This document shows, one piece after another, positions 28,695 to 38,793 of a DNA stretch of 64,000 bases (the first letter of the stretch is position 1; each line of letters opens with the position of its first letter). The position numbers were made by a program, and so were the translations under genes. The notes under the pieces are model-generated. The model was not told the origin of the DNA, searched no databases, and saw nothing but the letters and a program-made list of their open reading frames with translations. This stretch comes from Candidatus Poribacteria bacterium (lineage in GTDB: Bacteria > Poribacteria > WGA-4E > GCA-2687025): positions 2,912,001 through 2,976,000 of the forward strand of contig OY762492.1 of NCBI GenBank assembly GCA_963665845.2, given 5' to 3'.

Positions 28695-30888
28695 TCGGTT
28701 CCGACTCCACATGGCTGCGTATCTGAAGGCGCGCCGCTTCCGCTTCGTTGCGCTCGCCGAAACGCCCGACCAGAACGCGGTACCAGCTTCCCGAATCGAC
28801 AAGGCGGTTTTCGACCACCGCAGAGAAACCGGCGATGTCGAGAGCCTGCCTTGCGCGTTCGGCGTTTTCGGCGTTTTTAAACGAACCCGCCAGGACGCGG
28901 AAAGCGCTCGTCGGCGCTTCGGGTTCGGGGGCGGGCGCTGGAGCGCTCAACTCCGCCGCGCTCACCGCGAGGCGCACCGGCGCGCCGACGGGACGAGACG
29001 CGGACAGCGCGCCCGACCGTACCCGCTTCGGATCGGATCCAAACACGGTCATATACTGAAGCAGCTCATCCGCCCGCCCTTTAGACAGACCAGGATCGCC
29101 CCCGCCGGTTCCGATCTCCACATGCAGCCCGTCTTCGATGGCGCGGGCGAGTTCCCCCGCGAGCAGCGCGCCGCGCGCGTTCAACCCCTGCCGCCCTTCG
29201 TTGAAAGCGTTCTCCGGCATATCGACCAACAGCCGCCCGCCGTCGATCCAAGCGTCCGCGCCGCGCAGGTCCAGCGCCGCAAACGCGCGCGAGATTTCAG
29301 CGCGGTTGCCGGCAGCATCCTCCGCGGCAAACGCGAGCGTGTAACGGGCGCCCGGTTCCAGAACGTCCAGCGGTATTTCAGCCGACGCGGCGTCGCCGTT
29401 GGCACTGTGAACGACATCGCCGCCGTTCCGCAGCTCAACCGTCCATTGATGAAGCGCGTTCGATTCCTCCGCATGCGCGGTTATTTTGCCGACAGGCTCG
29501 TCCCCGTTCGCAAACGCGACCGGCGTCAAGTCGATCCGCAGCGCCGGCGCCGTTGTGTCGACCGCGACCGTACCTTCGGCGATGGTGAGGAGTCCTCTAA
29601 CTATAGCCCATTTGTAAACGCCGTCCAGCGCGCCGTCTGCGTTCCATGCGACGCTTTCGGGGCGGTCGGACAGGTCAAACGCTTCCAGCAGGACGCCCCC
29701 TGAACTGCTCATCTCCAGTTTGGCGCCCTCCGGCAGATTGGAAAGATGGAACAGGGCGGCGTCTTTTTTACCGTCTCCGTTGGGCGAAAAGACGCTGTTT
29801 TCGATTCGAACATGCCGCTCATGGGAGTCGGGCAGAATCAGCCCGCCTTCCGTCTCGCTGTCAAGCTGGCGCGCGCCGCTCTTGTTCCCATGCGGCATGT
29901 TCGACCCCGCCCATTGAAGCGACATCGTTACCAGATGGCGCCGTTCCATCGGGTCGTCCAGCCCGTTCATGCCCCATAAATAAGCGTAATCGATGCGCCC
30001 GCCGCCGACCTGCGCCGACGCGCCGACGGAACCCATCCCGCTTCCAATGCGGTAGTAGTTCGCGGCGGTGTTGTATCCCGCTCTCAACGCGGCGGCTCCG
30101 CTCCAGAAGCGCGCCTCCACGCCGGCGCCGGCGCGGAACCGGTCCTGGGCGAGGCGCAGGCTGTCGTCCACATATGCCAGGTCGCCCGCCGCGGTCCATT
30201 CGACGCCCGCCCGTTCAAAGATCGTATACGCCGCTCCCGCCCGTACCGTGAACGGCGACAGCGAGGCGGACATCTGCTGTCCTTCAGCGTCCCAAAAGCG
30301 CGACCCGACATTGGAGACGGCGAGGCCGAGGTCAAGGGCGCGCCCGTTCGACAGAGCCTTATTCCATAAAACGCCGGCGTCCATTCCCCACGCGGAAAGG
30401 GTTTTGCCGGGCAAACGGCGGCTTTCATGGCGGGCGGCGGCGCCGACGAAGACGTTGTCGGCGACCGGCAAAGCGTAGCCGAAAGCGACGGCGCGGTTGC
30501 GCGTCGGGTCGCCTGTCCATCCCTCAAACTGCGCCGCAGCGCCGAAGTAACCGGCGTCGTCGGCGCCGATAGCGCGCAGGTTTCCGCTCAAGTCAAAGCT
30601 GGAGAGCCGCGCCGAACTTTGCGGCGAAAACGGCGCCTGCGATAAGGAGCCTTTGATGTCGGGCGAGGAGGCAATCAGCGCGGGGTTCCAGAACATACCT
30701 GCCGCTCCGCTGGATACCGCCGCGCCCGCGCCGCCAAGACCTGCCAGCCGCGCGTTCGTTCCAGGCTGTATCTCGCGTAAAATGGATGTTTGATACAGAT
30801 AATTCCAGTCCGAATCGGCGGCATCCTCCGCATACGCCGCCGTAACCATGCATACTGCCGCAAACCCAGCGGCGAATCGCTTCAACAT
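28669..30888 (-). CDS. PorV/PorQ-like beta-barrel with FlgD/Ig-like, degenerate OmpA-like and C-terminal SPOR domains
   Basis: Signal peptide. ARLAGLGGA..FWNPA, IDYAY, FSPNGDGKKD, VDTTAP, DAAGN, FRVLAGSF..ENA..WYRVLVG.F. Confidence 0.78.
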   Translation of the reverse strand: MLKRFAAGFAAVCMVTAAYAEDAADSDWNYLYQTSILREIQPGTNARLAGLGGAGAAVSSGAAGMFWNPALIASSPDIKGSLSQAPFSPQSSARLSSFDLSGNLRAIGADDAGYFGAAAQFEGWTGDPTRNRAVAFGYALPVADNVFVGAAARHESRRLPGKTLSAWGMDAGVLWNKALSNGRALDLGLAVSNVGSRFWDAEGQQMSASLSPFTVRAGAAYTIFERAGVEWTAAGDLAYVDDSLRLAQDRFRAGAGVEARFWSGAAALRAGYNTAANYYRIGSGMGSVGASAQVGGGRIDYAYLWGMNGLDDPMERRHLVTMSLQWAGSNMPHGNKSGARQLDSETEGGLILPDSHERHVRIENSVFSPNGDGKKDAALFHLSNLPEGAKLEMSSSGGVLLEAFDLSDRPESVAWNADGALDGVYKWAIVRGLLTIAEGTVAVDTTAPALRIDLTPVAFANGDEPVGKITAHAEESNALHQWTVELRNGGDVVHSANGDAASAEIPLDVLEPGARYTLAFAAEDAAGNRAEISRAFAALDLRGADAWIDGGRLLVDMPENAFNEGRQGLNARGALLAGELARAIEDGLHVEIGTGGGDPGLSKGRADELLQYMTVFGSDPKRVRSGALSASRPVGAPVRLAVSAAELSAPAPAPEPEAPTSAFRVLAGSFKNAENAERARQALDIAGFSAVVENRLVDSGSWYRVLVGRFGERNEAEAARLQIRSHVESEPIILSPEAP

Positions 30889-30994
30889 TGCCCATCCCTC
30901 CAGTCTTCAGAACGCGTCATGACGCATTTTCTATGGAAAACGCGCGCCGATGGACGTTAGTTACATGCCGCAGGGCAAGGACGGCGCCAGCCTC

Positions 30995-31580
30995 GTCTCT
31001 TTGAGTTGAGACATTTGAACGACCAAAGCCTTTATCATGGGAAAAGGCGTTGCCAACCAGGTCGTCATTCCCGCGCAAGCGGGAATCTAGAGGCGCCGCA
31101 GAAACCGTCCGCGTTCACCTCAAGCGTCCGGCGGTCCAAAACGTCATTCCCGCGGAAGCGGGAATCTTAAGGCATCGCAGCCGCCGGGGCGTCTAAAACC
31201 CCCCCTGCCCCCCTTTTCAAGGGGGGAGTTCAGAAACCTGCGCCATCGGTCGTTCCCCGCTTCCGCGAGGACATGCATTCCCGCGCAAGCGGGAATCTAG
31301 AGGCGCCGCAGAAACCGTCCGCGTTCACCTCAAGCGTCCGGCGGTCCAAAACGTCATTCCCGCGGAAGCGGGAATCTTAAGGCATCGCAGCCGCCGGGGC
31401 GTCTAAAACTCCCCTTTTCAAGGGGGAGTTCAGAAACCTGCGCCGTCGGTCGTTCCCCGCTTCCGCGAGGACATGCATTCCGGGCGCGTCTAAAACCCCC
31501 AGCCCCCCTTTTCAAGGGCGGAGTCTAGAAACTCCGCGCCCTACCCGCCGGCATGCCCCAACTAAAGACGCAAGGTCAGT
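30995..31580. repeat. Repeat mosaic with an internal ~200-bp direct duplication inside family-D ends
   Basis: 31066-31275 approximately equals 31277-31480. A and B units. D right end at ~31552-31579. Confidence 0.85.
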
Positions 31581-31583
31581 TGG

Positions 31584-31612
31584 TTGCGCGCCCAATCGGT
31601 TTGCGGTATGCT
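31584..31612 (+). promoter_or_regulatory. Putative sigma70 promoter of the nfeD-floA operon
   Basis: TTGCGC-N17-TATGCT. Confidence 0.5.
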
Positions 31613-31668
31613 AAAAGTGAATCGTTGTGAAGCCGCCGTTCGGTATGGTCATGAAGGGAGCGTTCCCA

Positions 31669-33159
31669 ATGAAGGCAATCAAAACGTTACGACTTGCTCT
31701 CTGCGCCGGCATGCTGCTTGCATATGCGGGCTGGGCGGACGCCGCCTCGGTCGCCGTGATCGAAGTGCGGCGCGAAATCAACAAAGGGCTGGAACGGTAC
31801 ATCAACCGCGCCCTGAACGAAGCGGAAAACAAAGCGGACCTCATCCTGTTCGACATGAACACGCCCGGCGGACGGGTCGACGTCATGAGCGAGATCATCA
31901 ACCATATCTACAACCTTGAGATTCCGTCCATCGCCTTTGTGCATGTGGAAGCGATCTCTGCCGGGGCGGTCATCGCGCTGGCGGCGGATCAGATCGCGAT
32001 GGCGCCTGGGGGAACCATCGGAGACGCCGCCCCTGTTAATGCCGCCGGCGAGGAGATGGGCGAAAAAATCATCTCCTTTATACGCGGCAAAATACGCGCC
32101 ACCGCCGAACGCAACGGACGCAACCCCGACATCGCCGAAGCGATGGTCGACAAGAAAAAAGTTCTCGCCCGCGTTGACGGAGACTCCATACAGGCGCTCA
32201 TGCCGTCCGAAGTGAGCGAACTAAAAGGCGACGGCAGAAGCGTCGAAATCATCTGCCCCGAAGGCGAACTGCTGACTCTCACCACATCGGAAGCGCTGGA
32301 CCTCGGCTTCATTGAGCTGAAGGCGGAATCGTTCAACGAAATTCTGAACGCCTACACCATCGGACGCATAGACGACCGGCTCCGCGTCGTCGCCAATCAG
32401 GAGGTCGGAAACCTCGAATCGCCGCTGGACGATCCCGAACCGCTGGCGAACGCCGAAATCATGCTCCTCAAACCGAACGTCGTCGAAAAGCTGGCGATGG
32501 CGATCACCGGCTCCATGCTGGGAACGCTGCTGCTGTCGCTCGGCATGGTGGGCCTCCTGTTTGAGTTCCGGACGCCTGGGTTCGGCGTTCCGGGCATTTT
32601 AGGGCTGGCGTGCGTCGCGGCGTTCTTCGGCGGGCATATTGTGGCGGATGTGACGACCGGATTCGGCTTGCTGATGTTCATAGCGGGTCTGGCGCTCCTG
32701 GCGGTGGAGGCGTTCGTGATCCCAGGCTTCGGCGTCGCGGGCATCGCCGGCTTGGCGTTGACATTCGGCGGACTTTTCTTTACATTTGCCCGAAGCGCGC
32801 CGACGATGGGCGATGCGATGGGTTCCATCGGACTCGCGTTCGTTTTGACCATTGGACTCGCGATCGTGATTGGATTCACATTGCCGAAAACGCAGGCATG
32901 GAACCGCCTCATCTTATCGACCGAGCAGTTGAGCGCGGACGGGTACCAGTCGGCGCGCCCCGAGCTGGCGGAGCTGATTGGACGCAGCGGCGTCGCTTTG
33001 ACGACTCTCCGCCCGGCAGGCGCGGCGGACATCGGCGGCAAGCGCGTCGATGTGGTCTCCAACAGCGAATTCATCTCTAAAGGAGAGCCGCTGACCGTTG
33101 AAATGGTAGAAGGAGCGCGCGTCGTGGTGCGCCCCGCCGCAAAAGAGGAGACCGCGTAA
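31669..33159 (+). CDS. nfeD: Long-form NfeD membrane-bound serine protease
   Basis: NTPGG, AISAGA, IAEAMVD, LLTLT, E..TPGFG, TLRPAG..DVVS..FI..G. Confidence 0.92.
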   Translation: MKAIKTLRLALCAGMLLAYAGWADAASVAVIEVRREINKGLERYINRALNEAENKADLILFDMNTPGGRVDVMSEIINHIYNLEIPSIAFVHVEAISAGAVIALAADQIAMAPGGTIGDAAPVNAAGEEMGEKIISFIRGKIRATAERNGRNPDIAEAMVDKKKVLARVDGDSIQALMPSEVSELKGDGRSVEIICPEGELLTLTTSEALDLGFIELKAESFNEILNAYTIGRIDDRLRVVANQEVGNLESPLDDPEPLANAEIMLLKPNVVEKLAMAITGSMLGTLLLSLGMVGLLFEFRTPGFGVPGILGLACVAAFFGGHIVADVTTGFGLLMFIAGLALLAVEAFVIPGFGVAGIAGLALTFGGLFFTFARSAPTMGDAMGSIGLAFVLTIGLAIVIGFTLPKTQAWNRLILSTEQLSADGYQSARPELAELIGRSGVALTTLRPAGAADIGGKRVDVVSNSEFISKGEPLTVEMVEGARVVVRPAAKEETA

Positions 33160-33167
33160 TTAGCCCG

Positions 33168-33500
33168 ATGTCTCAACTCATTCTGTACCTGATCGGAGCG
33201 TTGGTCTTGATTGCCTGCGCGGTCTACATCGCTTGGAAGCGGCTTGTACTTAAGGATGAACAGCTGTCGGAAGACGGGTACTCCGCGCCGGACGCGCAGC
33301 TCAAAAAGCTTGCCGGCTCCAACGGCGTCGCGCTGACCGACCTGCGTCCGGCAGGCGCCGCGCGCATTGACGGGCGGCGCGTGGATGTGGTCGCCGACAG
33401 CGAATACATCGCCAAAGACACCCCCGTTCAAGTGGTCGCCGTCGAAGGAGTGCGCGTTGTGGTGGAAAAACAGCATTTAGAAACGAATTTAAACGAGTAA
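33168..33500 (+). CDS. Short NfeD-like OB-fold protein
   Basis: TM followed by [18 protein letters not shown]. Confidence 0.88.
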   Translation: MSQLILYLIGALVLIACAVYIAWKRLVLKDEQLSEDGYSAPDAQLKKLAGSNGVALTDLRPAGAARIDGRRVDVVADSEYIAKDTPVQVVAVEGVRVVVEKQHLETNLNE

Positions 33501-33520
33501 GCGAAAGGAAAACGAGGAGA

Positions 33521-34453
33521 ATGACATTCCTAGAAGACTCGGCTCTCATTGCCGGCGCGGTCATCGCGCTGATCGGAATCGTTGTCTTCGGCGCGCTGCT
33601 TTATTTTATACCGGTCGGTCTGTGGATCTCGGCGCTTTTCGCCGGGGTGCGCGTGCGCCTCATTGAGCTGATCGGAATGCGTCTGCGGCGCATATCGCCG
33701 CCCGCCATTGTGAAGCCGATGATCAGCGCCTCCAAAGCGGGCGTGAGCGACAAATACGGGGTCACCATCTCCAAGCTGGAGGGGCATCTCTTGGCGCAGG
33801 GAAATGTGAACCGCGTCATCAGCGCGCTCATTGCGGCGGACAAAGCGGAGATTACGCTCTCGTTTGAACGCTCCACCGCCATCGATCTTGCGGGGCGCGA
33901 CGTTCTGCAGGCGGTTCAGGTGAGCGTCAATCCGCGCGTCATCACGACGCCTCTCATCACCGCCATTGCGCGGGACGGCGTTCAGCTGAAGGCGATCGCG
34001 CGGGTCACCGTCCGCGCGGACATCGACCGCCTTGTCGGCGGCGCCGGGGAGGAAACGATCCTGGCGCGCGTCGGGGAGGGCATCGTTTCAGCGATCGGAT
34101 CGGCGGAAGAGTACGCCGAGGTGCTGGAAAATCCCGACCTGATTTCGCGGAAAGTTCTGGACCGCGGGCTGGATTCTGGAACCGCGTTTGAGATTCTTTC
34201 CATCGACATTGCCGATGTGGATGTGGGCGAAAACATCGGCGCGCAGCTGGAAGCGGAGCAGGCGGAGACGGATCTGGTCGTCGCGCAGGCGAAAGCCGAG
34301 GAGCGCCTGGCAATGGCAAAAGCGCGCGAGCAGGAGATGCAGGCGCGCGTCCAAAAAATGCAGGCGCAGGTGGTCGAAGCGGAAGCGGACGTCCCGCGCG
34401 CCCTCGGCGAAGCGTTTGAAAGCGGACATATCGGCGTCAACACGTCCTCATAG
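33521..34453 (+). CDS. floA: Flotillin-like protein FloA (YqfA), copy 1, lacking the C-terminal DYY..N..ADT motif
   Basis: [53 protein letters not shown]. Confidence 0.92.
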   Translation: MTFLEDSALIAGAVIALIGIVVFGALLYFIPVGLWISALFAGVRVRLIELIGMRLRRISPPAIVKPMISASKAGVSDKYGVTISKLEGHLLAQGNVNRVISALIAADKAEITLSFERSTAIDLAGRDVLQAVQVSVNPRVITTPLITAIARDGVQLKAIARVTVRADIDRLVGGAGEETILARVGEGIVSAIGSAEEYAEVLENPDLISRKVLDRGLDSGTAFEILSIDIADVDVGENIGAQLEAEQAETDLVVAQAKAEERLAMAKAREQEMQARVQKMQAQVVEAEADVPRALGEAFESGHIGVNTSS

Positions 34454-34462
34454 GAGACACGC

Positions 34463-35464
34463 ATGCTAGAATTCATCCTCATTCTCTTGATTCTTGCGAT
34501 CGTCTTCATTGCGATCCTGAACATCTTTGTGCCGTTCCGCCTCTGGATTGCGGCGCGGGCGGCGGGGGTTCAGGTGCGCATCTTCCGGGACCTCGTCGCC
34601 ATGCGGCTGCGGCGCGTCCCGCAGGCGGACGTCATCAACCCGCTCATCACCTCCACCAAAGCGGGGCTGCCGCTTGACCTTGCCAACCTGGAGGCGCATT
34701 ATCTGGCGGGCGGGAATGTTGACGGACTGGTGGAGGCGCTCATTGAAGCGGACAAGGCGCAGATACCGCTCCCGTTTGAGCGCGCCGCCGCCATCGACCT
34801 CGCCGGGCGCGATGTCTTGGAGGCGGTGTCGATGTCGATCACGCCGCAGGTGATCGAGACGCCAAAAATATCCGCGGTCGCCAAGAACGGCATCCAGCTG
34901 ATTGTAACGGCGCGCGTCACGGTGCGCGCGAATATCGACAAGCTGGTCGGCGGGGCGGGCGAAGAGACGGTCATCGCGCGCGTCGGACAAGGAATCATTA
35001 CGACGATCGGATCGGCGGCGTCGCATGCGGAAGTTCAGGAAAACCCCGATCAGATTTCACGCACCGTTTTGGAAGCGGGGCTGGCGTCCGGAACCGCGTT
35101 TGAGATCCTTTCCATCGACATTGCCGATGTGGATGTGGGCGAGAATATCGGGGCGAAACTGCAGCGGGAGAGAGCGGACGCGCAGCTGAAGATCGCCCGC
35201 GCGAAGGCGGAAGAAAAACGCGCCATCGCCGAGGCGGAGGAGCAGGAGATGCGCGCGCTCGTCGAAGAAAAGAACGCCGAGCTGATTGGCGCGGAAGCCG
35301 ATGTGCCGAGAGCCATCGCCGGCGCGTTCCGAAGCGAGCAGCTGACCGTCCGCGACTACTACTCCATCCGCAACATCATGGCAGACACCGAAATGAGGCA
35401 GTCGATCGCCGGCGCGCCGGTCGAAGGCGCAGAAAGGAAAAACCTTGGCCGCTATTCAAGTTAA
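34463..35464 (+). CDS. floA: Flotillin-like protein FloA (YqfA), copy 2
   Basis: [50 protein letters not shown]. Confidence 0.93.
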   Translation: MLEFILILLILAIVFIAILNIFVPFRLWIAARAAGVQVRIFRDLVAMRLRRVPQADVINPLITSTKAGLPLDLANLEAHYLAGGNVDGLVEALIEADKAQIPLPFERAAAIDLAGRDVLEAVSMSITPQVIETPKISAVAKNGIQLIVTARVTVRANIDKLVGGAGEETVIARVGQGIITTIGSAASHAEVQENPDQISRTVLEAGLASGTAFEILSIDIADVDVGENIGAKLQRERADAQLKIARAKAEEKRAIAEAEEQEMRALVEEKNAELIGAEADVPRAIAGAFRSEQLTVRDYYSIRNIMADTEMRQSIAGAPVEGAERKNLGRYSS

Positions 35465-35846
35465 ACGGCTCTGGGCAGCCGCGTTTGCCGCCGCATTTCT
35501 CTTGCTCGGCTGCGCAGAGGAGAGTCCGGACGATATTCTGAACGGAGACGATTCGCCGCCGACCGTTCTGTCGACCGAGCCGGCGGACGGCGATACCTGG
35601 CCTGCCGATGAACCGCTCTCCGTCGTTTTCAATGAGGATGTTACATCCGAATCTGCGCGGGAGGGCGTCGCCGTGATCGGCGTCAGCGCGGCGGTGGAAT
35701 ACGACGCCGCGCAGCGCGCCGCGACGCTGACGCCTGACAGCCCTTTGCCGTCCGGTTCCGCCTTGACGCTGACCGTTCGACGAATCGAAGACCTTGCGGG
35801 CAACATCATGCCCGGCATTCTCACCGTCAATTTTCAAGTGGAGTAG
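35445..35846 (+). CDS. Ig-like (Big_5) domain lipoprotein
   Basis: Lipobox [28 protein letters not shown]. Confidence 0.8.
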   Translation: MAAIQVKRLWAAAFAAAFLLLGCAEESPDDILNGDDSPPTVLSTEPADGDTWPADEPLSVVFNEDVTSESAREGVAVIGVSAAVEYDAAQRAATLTPDSPLPSGSALTLTVRRIEDLAGNIMPGILTVNFQVE

Positions 35847-35849
35847 ACG

Positions 35850-36254
35850 ATGCCGCTGCAATTGAAACATCTGGCGCTCCGTTGCGCCGACACATCCGCC
35901 TCCCGCCGATTTTATGAAACGCTTGGATTCCGCTTCCTCGGCTATCGACCGAACTCGACCGAAGCGATGGACCTGGCGGACGGCTCCGTCAACCTGACGC
36001 TCCTTCCCCATGAAGGCGAGCGCCCCAAACTGGAAGAAGGCGCCGAGTATATCCATTTCGGGGTGGAGGTGGACGATGCGAAAGCCGCGTGGCGCGCGCT
36101 GCGGGCGGCGGGGATTCGAATACTGCGGGACGATGTGAAGCATCGATACGCGCCGGACGAATCGAAGCCGCCGGAAGGCTCCTTCAAGGCGGAGGATCCG
36201 GACGGAAATGTGGTCGACATCACCGACGACAAGAACGAGTGGCGCAAGGGGTAG
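35850..36254 (+). CDS. VOC/glyoxalase family protein
   Basis: LKHLAL, FYETLG, HFGVEVDD, DPDGNVVD. Confidence 0.9.
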   Translation: MPLQLKHLALRCADTSASRRFYETLGFRFLGYRPNSTEAMDLADGSVNLTLLPHEGERPKLEEGAEYIHFGVEVDDAKAAWRALRAAGIRILRDDVKHRYAPDESKPPEGSFKAEDPDGNVVDITDDKNEWRKG

Positions 36255-36260
36255 ACGGCG

Positions 36261-36671
36261 TTGATCGATTCTTTGTTCGAAATCATCAACGATATCTGGC
36301 CGTTGTTGGCGGCTCTCTACGCCGCGTTGCACGGACTGATCACATGGCTTTTTAAAAAGAAAAAAGAGGGTGAAAAGAGCGGCATAGATTCTAAAGAGTC
36401 GACCGAATTCACGCCGCCGAACGACATCGACGTAGACAAAGCGATTCAACAGGCGGAAGAACTCGCGCAAAAGGTAGAAGAAGAGCTTGAACAGAAGGCG
36501 CCGCCGCGTCCAAAAAAGCGCGCCCAGCCGACCAAGCCGCCTGAAAAACCAAAGACGGAGCCGACGCCCGCTGTCAAAACGCCGCATCCTGTTCTGACAG
36601 CGCAGAACATACGGCAGGCGATTGTGGTGTCGGAAATACTTGGAAAACCGAAATCGCTGCGGCGGGACTGA
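36261..36671 (+). CDS. YqfB-like small membrane-anchored protein
   Basis: N-terminal TM. C-terminal IRQAIVVSEILGKPKS motif, typical of genes downstream of floA. Confidence 0.7.
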   Translation: MIDSLFEIINDIWPLLAALYAALHGLITWLFKKKKEGEKSGIDSKESTEFTPPNDIDVDKAIQQAEELAQKVEEELEQKAPPRPKKRAQPTKPPEKPKTEPTPAVKTPHPVLTAQNIRQAIVVSEILGKPKSLRRD

Positions 36672-36673
36672 TC

Positions 36674-38029
36674 ATGCGAACGCTCACCGCGGCAGCTTTG
36701 ATGTTCGCGTTCACCGCGGCGGCCGTAGCCCAGCATATGCGCATCACCGAGGTGATGGCGAACCCAAGCGACGCGCAGGGCGGCGAACGCGCCGGCGAAT
36801 TTGTGGAACTGTTCAACCTCGGCTCCGAGCCTGTCGACTTGAGCGGATGGAGCGTCGCGGACGACATCTCCCAGGACATGATCATACCGTTTGAGCCGGG
36901 CGGGCCGACGCTGCTAAACCCGCGCTCCTTCGCTGTCGTTCTGGACCCTGACTATGAAGGGCAGCACGGCGAGTTGCCGCCGAACACGCTGCGCCTTCGC
37001 CCTGAAAACGCCGCCATCGGCAACGGCCTCTCCGCGCTCGATTCGCTCCGTCTAATGGACCCAGACGGCGCTGTCATCGATGAGTTCATACCGCCCTCGC
37101 CCGCGCAGGACGGAATCTCCTTTGAACGCATCGACCTGAACGCGCCGGGTTCCGCCGACAACTGGCGCCGCTCCGACGATCCAAGCGGCTCCACCATCGG
37201 ACGCCCGCCCAACGAGCAGCCCCCGCCGCCTGTAGAGCCGCCGTCGGCGCCGCTTATGGGGATTGTCTTGATCAATGAGATCATGTATCAGCCGTCCGCG
37301 GACGCGCCCGAATGGGTTGAGCTGCGCAGCTTAGCCAAAGAAGAGATTGCCGTAAAGAATTGGACTATTGAAGATGAGCGGGAAAGCCCCGCGCCGATAC
37401 CGGACGCTGTCATCCCGCCGGAAGGGTATCTCATCTTGACGCAAAGCGCGGACGAGTTTCGCGCGGCGCACCCTGAAACGCCGAAAGAAACGCCCGTGAT
37501 CGAACTGCGGCTCCCGGCGCTCAACAACGACGGCGACCTTGTGCGCCTCCGCCTCAACGGGGAGTTGATCGACGAAATGCGGTATGAAAAGCGGAACGGA
37601 CGGCGCGGGCAGTCGCTGGAGCGGCGCGACCCGAAAATTCCGTCTCGGCTAAAAGAGAACTGGCTGCTCAGCGTTCATGCCACAGGCTCAACCCCAGGCA
37701 GACCGAACACCGCCGAATTCGACGCGCCTGAACAGCCGAAACTGACAGCGGCGCCGAATCCGTTCGACCCGCATGAAACGGCTGCAGAGCTGCGGTATGA
37801 GGCGCCGCTGACCGCTAAAATCACCCTGCGCATCTTCAACAGCGCCGGCGTCCCGCAGCGCGAACTGCTTTACGACGCGCCGCGCGGCGGTCAACAAACC
37901 GTCCAATGGGACGGGCGAAACGACGCGGGGCGTTACGTTCCGCCGGGCATCTATATCGTCATGCTGCTCGCCATCGAGGACGGGCGGCACAGCGCCACCG
38001 CCATCGCCTTGGTCGTCGCGGAACGATGA
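36674..38029 (+). CDS. Exported protein with two lamin-tail domains and a C-terminal FlgD-Ig (T9SS-CTD-like) domain
   Basis: ITEVMANP..EFVELFN, INEIMYQP..EWVEL, TPGRPN, PNPF..IFN..G..WDGRN..G..G.Y. Confidence 0.88.
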   Translation: MRTLTAAALMFAFTAAAVAQHMRITEVMANPSDAQGGERAGEFVELFNLGSEPVDLSGWSVADDISQDMIIPFEPGGPTLLNPRSFAVVLDPDYEGQHGELPPNTLRLRPENAAIGNGLSALDSLRLMDPDGAVIDEFIPPSPAQDGISFERIDLNAPGSADNWRRSDDPSGSTIGRPPNEQPPPPVEPPSAPLMGIVLINEIMYQPSADAPEWVELRSLAKEEIAVKNWTIEDERESPAPIPDAVIPPEGYLILTQSADEFRAAHPETPKETPVIELRLPALNNDGDLVRLRLNGELIDEMRYEKRNGRRGQSLERRDPKIPSRLKENWLLSVHATGSTPGRPNTAEFDAPEQPKLTAAPNPFDPHETAAELRYEAPLTAKITLRIFNSAGVPQRELLYDAPRGGQQTVQWDGRNDAGRYVPPGIYIVMLLAIEDGRHSATAIALVVAER

Positions 38030-38793
38030 GGCGGGTTTTATGGGCGGCTCTGCTTGCGTTGGCGTTTCCGTGCGCCGCCGCTTTTGAACGTTCCGCGCCC
38101 AGCCCCGCGTTGATCGGGTTTGGAGGCGCCGGCGCCGCGCATGGAGAGGCGGTCTCCTCGCGCTTGAATCCGGCGGCGTATGAAGAAAATCACTGGATCG
38201 CGCTCTGCTACAACCGCCCCTTCGGCGTGGACGGGCTGCGGGAGAGTTTTGTTCAGGCGGGGGCGGCTCTTGGGTCTAAAGCGGCGGCGCGCGTCTCGTG
38301 GCATCAGTTCGGCAACGCGCTCCATGTCGAGGACACGATCTCCGTCGCGGGTCGTATCGGCGGAGAGAATCTGGCGGCGGGCGTCCGCGGGTCTTATAGA
38401 TCAAGGCGGACGCAGGGCTTTTCAGACGCGCAGACCTACTCCGCCGACATCGGCGCCGTCTGGCGCGTTTCGCCGCAGATCAAGCTGGGGGCGGCGGTTC
38501 AAAACGCGGGGCTGAACGCGCAGATGCGAGCCGGCGCGCGCGTTGAAATGGGCGGACAAACAACGTTTCTTGCCGACGCCTTCGCCGACGGAAACGGCGC
38601 CGGGATCGCCGTCGGCGGCGAATGGCGCGCTCACCCGAACCTGACGCTCCGCGCCGGAACGCATAACCTGCCGTGGCAATGGGCGGTTGGATTCTCGGTA
38701 CGCTTCGCCGGCGTCTCCTTCGATTACGCCCTAGAAACGCATCCGGCGCTGAACGCCACCCATTATGTCGGGATCGCCCTGTATGCGCCTTAG
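38026..38793 (+). CDS. PorV-like outer-membrane beta-barrel protein
   Basis: Signal peptide. GFGGAG..LNPA, LRAG, FDYAL..HP.L..TH. ATGA overlap. Confidence 0.75.
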   Translation: MRRVLWAALLALAFPCAAAFERSAPSPALIGFGGAGAAHGEAVSSRLNPAAYEENHWIALCYNRPFGVDGLRESFVQAGAALGSKAAARVSWHQFGNALHVEDTISVAGRIGGENLAAGVRGSYRSRRTQGFSDAQTYSADIGAVWRVSPQIKLGAAVQNAGLNAQMRAGARVEMGGQTTFLADAFADGNGAGIAVGGEWRAHPNLTLRAGTHNLPWQWAVGFSVRFAGVSFDYALETHPALNATHYVGIALYAP

